A stretch of DNA of 64,000 bases, taken from Candidatus Thorarchaeota archaeon (GTDB lineage: Archaea; Asgardarchaeota; Thorarchaeia; Thorarchaeales; Thorarchaeaceae). Below the pieces are notes generated by a model that saw only the letters and a program-made list of their open reading frames with translations, searched no databases and was not told the origin of the DNA. The stretch lies in the NCBI GenBank assembly GCA_029855935.1, contig JAGSHN010000012.1, positions 208,869-272,868 of the forward strand, written 5' to 3'. Both the position numbers and the translations under genes were made by a program. Shown one piece after another: positions 47,063-55,792 of this stretch (position 1 is the first letter of the stretch; each line of letters opens with the position of its first letter).

Positions 47063-47732
47063 ACATCGACGCCGCCATCTTGTACGAGTGCATTGCTGAG
47101 ATTCTTGCGTCCCTTGTTATGGCATTCATGTGTCCCGGCAGGGCGACTTGGAAATCAAGCTCTGAGATTCTTCTCAGCGACTCCACAAGGGCTCTCGGAT
47201 TCCCTGTTGGGAAGTCCACCCGGCCAAAGCTCCCACCAGCGAACATCGTGTCGCCAGTGATGATCACTCCAAGATCTGGCTCAAGTAGGCATATTGAACC
47301 GATTGAGTGACCTGGGGTATGGTATACATGCAGGCTGATGCCACCGACGTCTATCATATCTCCCTCCTCAAGAGCATTGTGGACTCTCATCGGCGGAAGT
47401 CTGGCCCCAAACGTTGATGCGAGCGTGAGTGTCATATCGCCAGCGTTGATACGCTCGGCCTCCTCTCTATGCAGGTGTATCCTCGCATTCCCTCTCGCCG
47501 TGATTGCCGGTACTCCACCAATGTGGTCAATGTGACTATGGGTCAGAATGATGTCGGTGATATCATCGAACGAAGATCCGAGTTTCTCAAGGTCTTCGTT
47601 GAGACGCTCTGGCGTCATCCCTGTTCCGGTGTCCACCAAAACTCGCCTGTCATCACCATCGATATAGATCACATTGCTGTCCATCGACATAGACTCTCTG
47701 AAGTAGATTGGGCCAGCTATGTGTTCGAACAC
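47046..47732 (-). CDS. MBL-fold metallo-hydrolase
   Basis: ILTHSHIDHIGG, …HTPGHS…, and downstream His. Confidence 0.75.
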   Translation of the reverse strand: MFEHIAGPIYFRESMSMDSNVIYIDGDDRRVLVDTGTGMTPERLNEDLEKLGSSFDDITDIILTHSHIDHIGGVPAITARGNARIHLHREEAERINAGDMTLTLASTFGARLPPMRVHNALEEGDMIDVGGISLHVYHTPGHSIGSICLLEPDLGVIITGDTMFAGGSFGRVDFPTGNPRALVESLRRISELDFQVALPGHMNAITRDARISAMHSYKMAASMFTGPI

Positions 47733-47738
47733 AGTGGC

Positions 47739-48863
47739 TCACCTCAGGACCTCAACGAGATGGTCGATGTCCTCCGCCGTGTTGTAGAAGTGGGGCGATA
47801 CACGTAGCCTTCCGTTCCGTACTGAACAATGGATGTTCTTCTTCGTCAGACGGGCAGCCACATCCTCGACATCATCTGGCCTGCACGAGACAATTGGTGA
47901 GTTGTTCCTAGCACCGAAGTCATAGTACTCAACCCCAATATCAGAGAGACGTTCCCTGAGGTAGTCGGCAACCTTCATCGCGGCTCTCTCTCGAGTCCCA
48001 TTGGGAATCTCAAGGAGGGTCTCAAGCGAACTCAGAAGCCCCCCCTGGGAAACAGGTGACAGCGAACCGACATGAAACCTCCGTGCGTCCTCCAGCGGCT
48101 CCCTCTCAAAGTACGAGAAATTCTTCGTGTCCTTGACGCCCCACCATCCGAGGTATCTGGGTCTCACGACTTCAAGGGCCTGTCGACTCACATAGACGAA
48201 GCCTGCGCCTATCGGTCCCACCAACCACTTGGCAGCCTGTGCTGCAGCGAAGTCCACCTTGAGTGCCGGCAGGTCAATGTCAGCCCAACCTGCGGCTTGG
48301 ATGATGTCGGCTACAAGCATCGCGTCTACGTCGTGGGCCGCCCGTGCCAGCTCTCTGATGTCTATCTTATATCCTGATGAGAACTGGACGAGGCTGACCG
48401 CCACAACTCTTGTCCGCTCATCAATTACCTGAGCAAAGTCCTCAGCAGATGCCCTGCCGTTTCTTGACTTGACAACGCGCAGCTCAACATCGTACCACCG
48501 ACAGACATTCTGCCAGGGAACGTAGTTGGCTGGGAACTCCAGGTCGCATATTACTATGTTCGATCCAGGCTCGTACTCTAGGGCGTGCGCTGCTGCATTC
48601 AGCCCATGCGACGTACTCGCTGTCGGGGCATAGTTCTCCTCCCGACCGCCCAGCAGTCTTGCCAGAGTCTGCCTCAGGCCACGGAAGAAGTCGATGGTGT
48701 CATCGAGCGACCTCCCAGGGCGTGTCCTGCTCTCAATCTGCTCTCTCATGACCTCGATTGTCCTTCGCGGTGGGATTCCCGTTGAGGCCGTGTTCAGGTA
48801 CACCATCGATGAGAGCGTTGGAAAGTTCTCCTCAATGAATGACCTGTCAATCAACCCACTCAT
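47739..48863 (-). CDS. class V aminotransferase (cysteine desulfurase / selenocysteine-lyase-like)
   Basis: NTASTG near the N-terminus. PLP-lysine region …FAAAQAAKWLVGPIGAGFVYV…. ~374 aa. Confidence 0.7.
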   Translation of the reverse strand: MSGLIDRSFIEENFPTLSSMVYLNTASTGIPPRRTIEVMREQIESRTRPGRSLDDTIDFFRGLRQTLARLLGGREENYAPTASTSHGLNAAAHALEYEPGSNIVICDLEFPANYVPWQNVCRWYDVELRVVKSRNGRASAEDFAQVIDERTRVVAVSLVQFSSGYKIDIRELARAAHDVDAMLVADIIQAAGWADIDLPALKVDFAAAQAAKWLVGPIGAGFVYVSRQALEVVRPRYLGWWGVKDTKNFSYFEREPLEDARRFHVGSLSPVSQGGLLSSLETLLEIPNGTRERAAMKVADYLRERLSDIGVEYYDFGARNNSPIVSCRPDDVEDVAARLTKKNIHCSVRNGRLRVSPHFYNTAEDIDHLVEVLR

Positions 48864-48961
48864 AGAGCAGACAGTTCACGCCTCACAGATAAAGGTCACT
48901 ACGAAGACATTCTCCCGAAAACTTAAGTCGGCCCGCACTTGCTCTATGACTGGAGAGAGGT

Positions 48962-49873
48962 TTGTCGCGGCTGAGAAAACTCCTTGAGGCACTAAAGAAG
49001 GACAGAGAAAGGGTGATCAGCCGTGAATCTGTGTCCCGTCGTGGAGGAATCGCGCGAGCAACAAAGGCGGCGACAACGGCAACAACCTCGCCCGCTAGGG
49101 ATGAGCGTGCCTCTCAACCCCGGACCGACGTCGCATCACGAGCGGCCTCTGGAGATCGCCCACTGACTGGCTATCACGCCCCTGCCCCGATGGGCACATT
49201 TATTGTATCCGCCTCCAAGGAAGAGGTTCAGGTCGAGGGCACCACACCAGTGCAGACAGCTGCAGCCCGCCTCGTCCCCGAACGCATGGACGAGATAGTG
49301 CCAGGCCGTGCCATTAAGCGCGACGAGCTGGGTCGCATCCACATCAAGATAGTCTTCTATGGACCGTCTCTCTCGGGGAAGACCACCGCCCTCCGATGGC
49401 TGTTCGCGAATGTCAAGGCACTCTCCAAGAACCGTCTTGTCGAGATAGCTGACGAGCTAGGCCGTACGACATTCTTTGACTTTATACCAGTCACTGCGAG
49501 CAACAACATCGTGTTTGACGTGTTCACGGTTGCTGGTCAGAGGCGTCACGCCAAGAACCGCATCACCGTTCTTCGTGGTGCGGATGGTGTGATATTCATG
49601 GCGGACTCTCGTCCAGAGATGATGGCTGAGAACCTGGCGTCTATTCGTGAGTTGGCAATCGCTCTCGGCACTGATATGATGGCAACTCTCCCCATCGTAG
49701 TTGCTCTCAACAAGCGGGACCTGCCCAATGCTCTGCCTGTAGACTATATGGTGAGCACCCTTGAGGTTCAGGCCTATCCTGTCTTTGAGACCATCGCCAC
49801 TCAGGGAAAGAACCTGCTGCGGATGTTTCAACGCATACTCCGTGATGCGCTCATATTCAAGATCGGTGGCTAG
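48962..49873 (+). CDS. MglA-like small GTPase with ~130-aa disordered N-terminal extension
   Basis: G1 YGPSLSGKTT, G3 FTVAGQ (TVxGQ as in MglA), G4 LNKRDL, G5 TIATQG. N-terminus rich in R/K/A/T/S. Confidence 0.7.
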   Translation: MSRLRKLLEALKKDRERVISRESVSRRGGIARATKAATTATTSPARDERASQPRTDVASRAASGDRPLTGYHAPAPMGTFIVSASKEEVQVEGTTPVQTAAARLVPERMDEIVPGRAIKRDELGRIHIKIVFYGPSLSGKTTALRWLFANVKALSKNRLVEIADELGRTTFFDFIPVTASNNIVFDVFTVAGQRRHAKNRITVLRGADGVIFMADSRPEMMAENLASIRELAIALGTDMMATLPIVVALNKRDLPNALPVDYMVSTLEVQAYPVFETIATQGKNLLRMFQRILRDALIFKIGG

Positions 49874-50607
49874 ATCTCGTGGCGAATTGGTAGCTGGCCT
49901 CGCTCGAGCTCGTTGATCAGTGTGACAAGCTCTTCCTCCGCCTGCTCCATTATGGTGTGTCCCTTCTCTGGTGAGGCCGTGCGCGGGTCTCCATAGACCG
50001 CTGAGGGATACAGTTCCTCCCGGTAGGCAGCAGACACGACTGTATATCTGTGCAGTGTTCTGCTGCTGACAGCCTGGCTCATTTCCACAAGGTCTGGCCT
50101 CACGTGCATCATCTCGGACGTTTCATCCTCGGCGGCGTGTCCGTCGTAGGTTTCGATGACGCTCCGTCGGGCCCCCTCCGCAAGGTCCCTCCACCAGTTG
50201 ACGATGATCACTACCCTCTCGCCGTTGTTCGTCGCCTCCTGAGCCGCCAATGTCAACGAACTGTAGTTTCCGCCGTGGCCGTTGATGACGACAATGTAGC
50301 GGAAGCCGTGACGGAACACAGACTCCATGACATCACGGTAGAGGGAGATGAGCGTCTGTGGCTTCACCGACACCGTTCCCTCAAAGGTCTCGAAGGTCCA
50401 GCTGTTGCCAAATGGAATGGGTGGCAGGACGAGGGCGCGCGTTCTCTCTGCAACCCTCGACGCCAGATACTCCGGCAGTATCACGTCAGTTCCCAGAGGC
50501 AGGTGATTACCATGTGCCTCCACTGCGCCTACCACAACCACTGCGACCTCTGTCTCATTGGCAGCAGCCACAAACTTGCTGTGAGTGAGTTCGTGCCAGT
50601 AGGGCAT
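49870..50607 (-). CDS. creatininase-family amidohydrolase (ArfB-like)
   Basis: …VVVVGAVEAHGNHLPLGTD…, …INGHGGN…, …HAAEDETS…. Start set at the internal Met (MPYWHEL…). Confidence 0.7.
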   Translation of the reverse strand: MPYWHELTHSKFVAAANETEVAVVVVGAVEAHGNHLPLGTDVILPEYLASRVAERTRALVLPPIPFGNSWTFETFEGTVSVKPQTLISLYRDVMESVFRHGFRYIVVINGHGGNYSSLTLAAQEATNNGERVVIIVNWWRDLAEGARRSVIETYDGHAAEDETSEMMHVRPDLVEMSQAVSSRTLHRYTVVSAAYREELYPSAVYGDPRTASPEKGHTIMEQAEEELVTLINELERGQLPIRHEI

Positions 50608-50730
50608 CTCTGTTCGGGTGACAGCGCGTACCTCCTGACACTTAACTCTTAGCTCCCTCCACAACTGGCTGGGCGCCGTTCTCTGAGAGCGAAAAGGTAA
50701 AAAGCTGTTCAGTTGTCCGGTGTCTGCGGA

Positions 50731-50806
50731 AGCCCCGTGGTGTAGTGGTCCAGCATCGGGGACTCTGGATCCTCGGACCCAGGTTCGAGTCCTGGCGGGG
50801 CTACCA
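50731..50806 (+). tRNA. tRNA-Gln (anticodon CUG), CCA encoded
   Basis: Acceptor AGCCCCG/CGGGGCU with an A1:U72 pair. D stem GUGU/GCAU. Anticodon stem GGGGA/UCCUC with loop CUCUGGA (anticodon CUG). T arm CCAGG-UUCGAGU-CCUGG. Discriminator A + CCA. Confidence 0.85.
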
Positions 50807-51246
50807 TCTCTCTTTCTGCCTCAGCCTCATGGATTATGCATGACGAGTCCATGGCCTCTCTCATAACTCCTCTCATATCATCTTATTTCATTATTTTACA
50901 GCCTGCAACATCTCGAAACATCGATACGGCCTCCATATCACCTCTTCTCCAAAATTGGGTTCTATGCACGTCAATCGATTTTTCGCACATCCTAACGGTT
51001 TAGTTGAAAAAGCGAGGATTTATAGGCCGATATGCAAAACTATTCAATGGAGAGATGAACCCGTATCAGATGCTCATCTGAAGGAGTTTCCTGTTGCTGA
51101 GTCTGCGTCCCTCCCGGCGGAGATCAACAGGATACGGGTCATCTCCCTCTTCCTATTCTTGCCGCAGGTCACCCGTGGCATCGCTCGATATCCATGACAA
51201 TGTTCTTATCCACCGTGTGGCATCTGTGTCTAGGTGAACCGGAGTC

Positions 51247-52026
51247 ATGGAGATTGTCGAGCGCGGCTGGAATGACTTCTGGGCCGTGGTCTTTCGTGTC
51301 AAACACCGTCGTTCCATTCCCGGGATTCACGAATATGACAGAATGGTCGTCGACTTCTGTGTCGAGGTCCTCGGACTCAAAGAGGGCGATGAGGTACTGG
51401 ACATAGCGTGTGGCGCTGGGGATCACAGCATCCTTCTTGCCAAGCGTGGGATGAAGGTCACAGCCTTCGACATTGCCGAGAGCCTCATCCGGGTGGCACT
51501 GGAAGGAGCTGCCGAGGAGGGCGTGGAGGTCGACTTCTACACAGGCGACATGCGGGAGATCAACTTCGTCCAGCGCTTCAAGGGTGCTGTGATGCTAAGC
51601 CACAGTTTCGGATTCTTTGACCACGAGGAGAACATGCGCGTCCTTGAGGGGGCGTACAACGCGCTGCTTGAGGGAGGGTCACTATTGCTTGATCTGATGA
51701 ACCCCTACAACCTCCCGAGGTTTCAGAAGACGTGGACGAGGCTCGACGGTGGCTATCTGCTCAGTGAGCCTCACGTGATTGACGCCCCTGCAGGAATGCT
51801 GCGTGGACGTCCTGCCACATTCATCGACACTGAGGGCGACCGTATTGTCTTGGCCAACGAGGACGCCCTCTCAAACAACGACATTCGTATGTACACTGCT
51901 CTGGAAATCCGCGCGATGCTGGAGGACGTGGGTTTCAAGAGGGTCGAGTTCTATGGGGCCAACAAGCTCCCGCGAACACCCTACACAGCCAGGTCGGAAA
52001 GGATGGTGGTAGTGGCAACACGTTAG
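51247..52026 (+). CDS. class I SAM-dependent methyltransferase
   Basis: Motif I VLDIACGAGDHS. Acidic residue at the end of beta2 (VTAFDIAE). Confidence 0.7.
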   Translation: MEIVERGWNDFWAVVFRVKHRRSIPGIHEYDRMVVDFCVEVLGLKEGDEVLDIACGAGDHSILLAKRGMKVTAFDIAESLIRVALEGAAEEGVEVDFYTGDMREINFVQRFKGAVMLSHSFGFFDHEENMRVLEGAYNALLEGGSLLLDLMNPYNLPRFQKTWTRLDGGYLLSEPHVIDAPAGMLRGRPATFIDTEGDRIVLANEDALSNNDIRMYTALEIRAMLEDVGFKRVEFYGANKLPRTPYTARSERMVVVATR

Positions 52027-52119
52027 GCGCTCACTCTGCTATCGTGTTGTCAATTCATTAGGTTTTTAACCAGACCGCCTCGTCAACTCGCAGTCCAGTT
52101 CAGTTGGTGGTATGAACAA

Positions 52120-54333
52120 TTGGTCAAGATTAAGGATCCTGACGCAATCCGGCGACTAATCAAATCAGATGACTACGAGCACAAGAGGATCATCTCCATC
52201 TCGGCGCACATCGATCACGGCAAGACGACAACGACAGACTACCTGCTCAGAAGAGCAGGACTGATGAGTGATGCTGCAGCTGGCCAGGCCCTAGCTACCG
52301 ACTCCGACGAGGAGGAGCAGGAGCGTGGCATCACAATCTTCACGTCGGTGGTCCTGCTTAACTTCGAGGTGGATGGCGAAGAGTATCTCGTACAGCTCTC
52401 GGACACCCCCGGTCACCTCTCCTTCACAGGCGAGGTTTCGCGGGCTCTACGTGCCAGCGACGGTGTCGTCATCCTCGTCGATGCTCTCGAAGGAGTCATG
52501 ACACAGACCGAGACTAACATCCGTCTCGCGGTCGGTGGTGAGGCCTGCAAGCCGGTGCTGTTTGTCAACAAGGTGGACAGGCTCATCAATGAGCTGAAGC
52601 TCCCGCCGAAGAAGGTCTATGAGCGGATAGACATCATAATCGCGAAAGTGAACGAGCTCATCATGAAGGTCGCCCCTCCGGGTCTGGGGAAGAAGTGGCG
52701 GGTCAGCTTCGAGCAGGGAAGCGTGGCCATCGGCTCCGCAAAGACTGGCTGGGCCTTCACAATGACCACGCTCAAGAAGAAGGGGATTCGGCCCGATGTT
52801 GTCTTCCAGAAGTATGGGGAGGGCGATGAGAAGTGGCTGCGCGAGAATCTCCCGCTCGACGATGCGTTGCTTGAGATGATAGTGAAGCACCTCCCGAGTC
52901 CTCGAGAGGCCCAGAAGCTCAAGATTCCCCGAATCTGGCCTGGTGACCTTGAGAGCGAGGCTGGAAAGGCCCTTCTGAACTGTGACCCCAACGGTCCCCT
53001 CCTGGGGATGATCACAAAGATATTCATTGACCCGAAGAGCAAGAGGCCGACACTCATAGGCCGCGTCTTCTCGGGCACGCTGAAGGCGGGCCAGGAGATT
53101 CGGCTTGTGAACATGAGGCAGAATGCCCGTGTGCGCCGGCTGGGTGTACAGGAGATCACTGACATTCTCGACATGGACGAGATTCCTGCGGGCAACCTGT
53201 TCTCTGTCTTCGGATTTATGTGTCCGTCGGGAGAGTCCTTTGTCGAGCCCGGCTCTGATATGCCCGGCTTCGAGGCGATAGAGTATGTCAGCGAGCCTGT
53301 GGTGAGCCGCAGTATTCGTCCTGTCGATCCGCAGGACATCGCCAAGCTCGGCGAGGTCGTTTCCAAGTGGATAATGGCTGACCCGACAGCCCGCTTCGTA
53401 CACGACAAGGAGTCCGGTGAGTATCGGCTTGATGGTATCGACCCGCTCCAGATTGAGATTCTGACGAAGCGTATCAATGAGCAGGTCAGAATCAAGGTCT
53501 CAGAGCCAATCATCGTGTACCGCGAGAAGATCACGGAGCGCGGCCAGGAGTTCCACACAAAGTCTCCGAACGGTCACAACCGAATCAGAATATACCTCGA
53601 GCCCCTTGACGAGAAGACTGTTGATCTCATCAAGAGGAAGAAGATCACCACGGATCAGAATGCCCGTGAGCGCGCGCAGATACTGAGGGATGAGGCTGGT
53701 TGGGACGCCAAGGAGGCCCGGAAGATTCTCGACATCTACGAAACTTCTATACTCGTTGACGCGATGACTGGTGTGCAGAGATTCGATCGTATCCTGTCAT
53801 ATGTGGTGACGACGTTCAGGGAGTTCATCGATGCTGGTCCCCTGGCTCACGAGCCCGTGATGGGCGTCAAGGCTGTGATAACTGATGCCACTGTCCACAC
53901 CGATCCCGCTCACACGGGCTATAATGAGGTGGCGACGATGACCAGTGCTGCTCTGAATATGAGCTTCCTCACCGGGAAGCCCGCACTCTTTGAGCCGGTG
54001 CTGAACGTCGACATCAAGACGCCTGCAGATACACAGGGCGCAGTCATCCGGGTGCTGACCGCACACCGTGGTCAGATTCTGACAATCGAGACTGAGGGTG
54101 ACTCGGTCACAGTGAAGGGCACTCTGCCCACAGCTGAGACGATTGGTATTGCCGACGAGTTCCGCAGTGCGACCGCTGGTCGTTCGTTCTTCGGCTACGA
54201 GTTCCGTGGCTTTGAGCCGCTTCCCGCAGCCTTGCAGGAGGAGAAGATCCTTGAGATCCGCAAGCGGAAGGGTATGCCGGAGGAGATGCCAAGCATCAAC
54301 TCGTGGGCACGCTGGATCTACAAACGTCAGTAA
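52120..54333 (+). CDS. translation elongation factor 2 (aEF-2)-like GTPase, divergent
   Basis: AHIDHGKTT, EQERGITI, DTPGH, NKVDRL, and five-domain length (737 aa). The domain-IV loop reads TVHTDPAHTGYNE versus the canonical …H.D.IHRGGGQ. Confidence 0.8.
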   Translation: MVKIKDPDAIRRLIKSDDYEHKRIISISAHIDHGKTTTTDYLLRRAGLMSDAAAGQALATDSDEEEQERGITIFTSVVLLNFEVDGEEYLVQLSDTPGHLSFTGEVSRALRASDGVVILVDALEGVMTQTETNIRLAVGGEACKPVLFVNKVDRLINELKLPPKKVYERIDIIIAKVNELIMKVAPPGLGKKWRVSFEQGSVAIGSAKTGWAFTMTTLKKKGIRPDVVFQKYGEGDEKWLRENLPLDDALLEMIVKHLPSPREAQKLKIPRIWPGDLESEAGKALLNCDPNGPLLGMITKIFIDPKSKRPTLIGRVFSGTLKAGQEIRLVNMRQNARVRRLGVQEITDILDMDEIPAGNLFSVFGFMCPSGESFVEPGSDMPGFEAIEYVSEPVVSRSIRPVDPQDIAKLGEVVSKWIMADPTARFVHDKESGEYRLDGIDPLQIEILTKRINEQVRIKVSEPIIVYREKITERGQEFHTKSPNGHNRIRIYLEPLDEKTVDLIKRKKITTDQNARERAQILRDEAGWDAKEARKILDIYETSILVDAMTGVQRFDRILSYVVTTFREFIDAGPLAHEPVMGVKAVITDATVHTDPAHTGYNEVATMTSAALNMSFLTGKPALFEPVLNVDIKTPADTQGAVIRVLTAHRGQILTIETEGDSVTVKGTLPTAETIGIADEFRSATAGRSFFGYEFRGFEPLPAALQEEKILEIRKRKGMPEEMPSINSWARWIYKRQ

Positions 54334-54448
54334 TCACTGCGCGAGTGACGCCTCAATGGCGTCGCTCCCCCTTCCTCTTTTTCCGGCCCACCCTCCCCTG
54401 ATACCTAGCTTTTTCACGGGGTAGTGTCACTGCAGATGCTGACCTCTG

Positions 54449-55792
54449 ATGCCACTTGATCATCGAGAACTACTTCGTCAACTCATTGCCTTCAACACAG
54501 TGAGTGATCGCGGCCGCGGACTTGCTCCCACTGCTGAGGCACCCGAGTACCTCCAAGGCATACTACAGAATCTGGGGCTAATGGCTGAGATTATGGAGCA
54601 CAATGATGTCTTCACGGTTCTCGCCCGGCACGGAACAGGGCGCCCCGTCGTTCTCTTCCTTGCACACTTTGATACGGTCCCGCCCGGTACTGGCTGGAAG
54701 ACCGATCCCTTCGAGATGAAGGTGGAGGGCGACCGCGCTTATGGCCGTGGCACCTGCGATGACAAGGGCAATGTGGTCGCACTTCTTCTGCTGGCAGAGC
54801 GGCTCTCTCAAGCGGCGCCCGACTGTACAGTCCTGATAGCCGCGACTGGAGACGAGGAGGTCGGTGGCGCGAATGGCGCTGGCCACCTCAGGCGTCTTCT
54901 CTCCGAGCGAGATCTCCTGCCTGACTACGTGATTGTGGCGGATGCCATACGTGAGGTCATCATTCATCGACGGCGCAACATCCTACCGACGGTGGTGAAG
55001 GCACATGCGTCCAAGTCCACACTGCGTGGCCGTCTGAACACCGTTCGCTTCGAGACCGACATCTTTGCGTCCGAGTCCCGTCACTCGGCATACTTGCGTC
55101 CCGGTGTCGATAGGCACTGCCTGCTTGCTGCCTCAAAGTACCTTGACATCCATCCGGAGGTCGTGGTTGCTGATGTCCGTGGAGCATTCGTCAAGTCGAA
55201 CGTGATTCCCGAGTATGTGGAGCTGGACCTGATCACACCTGACGATGCTGGCGAGGAGCTGAAGTATGACGAAACTCTGACACGTATCATACAATCGTTG
55301 CTCCCCCTGAGTCGGGCCTCATTTCCAACCAAGTTCTCGGACAAGGGGACTGTGATCTGTCCAAATCTGTTGTCACTGGATGATGAGACTGGTGTCTGGA
55401 CAGTATATCTCGATGTCCGTGCGATGACGAATGATAGCGATGCCGTCCGAGACGCATTCTCAAAGGTCTTGGGAGTCTCGGACAGTCTTGAGTCACTGAC
55501 CGTCTACAGTGGTGCCGGGTATGTTGACAGCCCTGTAGACTCTCCTCTCATAGGGGCCGCACGCAGCGCGCTGGTCCAAGTTGGGATTCCTGTGCGTCTT
55601 GCCGAGGGGTTTGGTGCCTCCGACTCGCGTCATTTCGCGACCTCGGGCGCTCAGATCTTCGACTTCGGTCCGATGGGCGATAATCTCCACGGCCCCAACG
55701 AGTGGGTCTCTTTGTCATCAATAGTCCGGACGAGTCGGTTCTACTACGAGCTTGTCCGGATGCTGTGCTCCCAATCGGGGTTGAACGATTGA
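54449..55792 (+). CDS. M20-family metallopeptidase (ArgE/DapE-like deacylase)
   Basis: …LAHFDTVP…, …GRGTCDDKGNVVA…, ATGDEEVGG. Confidence 0.75.
   Translation: MPLDHRELLRQLIAFNTVSDRGRGLAPTAEAPEYLQGILQNLGLMAEIMEHNDVFTVLARHGTGRPVVLFLAHFDTVPPGTGWKTDPFEMKVEGDRAYGRGTCDDKGNVVALLLLAERLSQAAPDCTVLIAATGDEEVGGANGAGHLRRLLSERDLLPDYVIVADAIREVIIHRRRNILPTVVKAHASKSTLRGRLNTVRFETDIFASESRHSAYLRPGVDRHCLLAASKYLDIHPEVVVADVRGAFVKSNVIPEYVELDLITPDDAGEELKYDETLTRIIQSLLPLSRASFPTKFSDKGTVICPNLLSLDDETGVWTVYLDVRAMTNDSDAVRDAFSKVLGVSDSLESLTVYSGAGYVDSPVDSPLIGAARSALVQVGIPVRLAEGFGASDSRHFATSGAQIFDFGPMGDNLHGPNEWVSLSSIVRTSRFYYELVRMLCSQSGLND

Noticed and set aside
50731-50806. Alternative tRNA 5' end at G50732 (G1 start with U•G closing pair and ACCA tail)
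   Set aside because: The A1:U72 model gives seven Watson-Crick acceptor pairs, U8, and a proper discriminator + CCA. The G-start model gives a mismatched terminus.
50807-51246. Integrated mobile element at tRNA-Gln
   Set aside because: Only ~440 bp of AT-shifted DNA. No integrase, no direct repeat of the tRNA 3' end, and flanking genes are core housekeeping.
52447-53558. Two ~315-aa ORFs on minus strand
   Set aside because: Antisense to the EF-2 gene, whose GTPase motifs are unambiguous.
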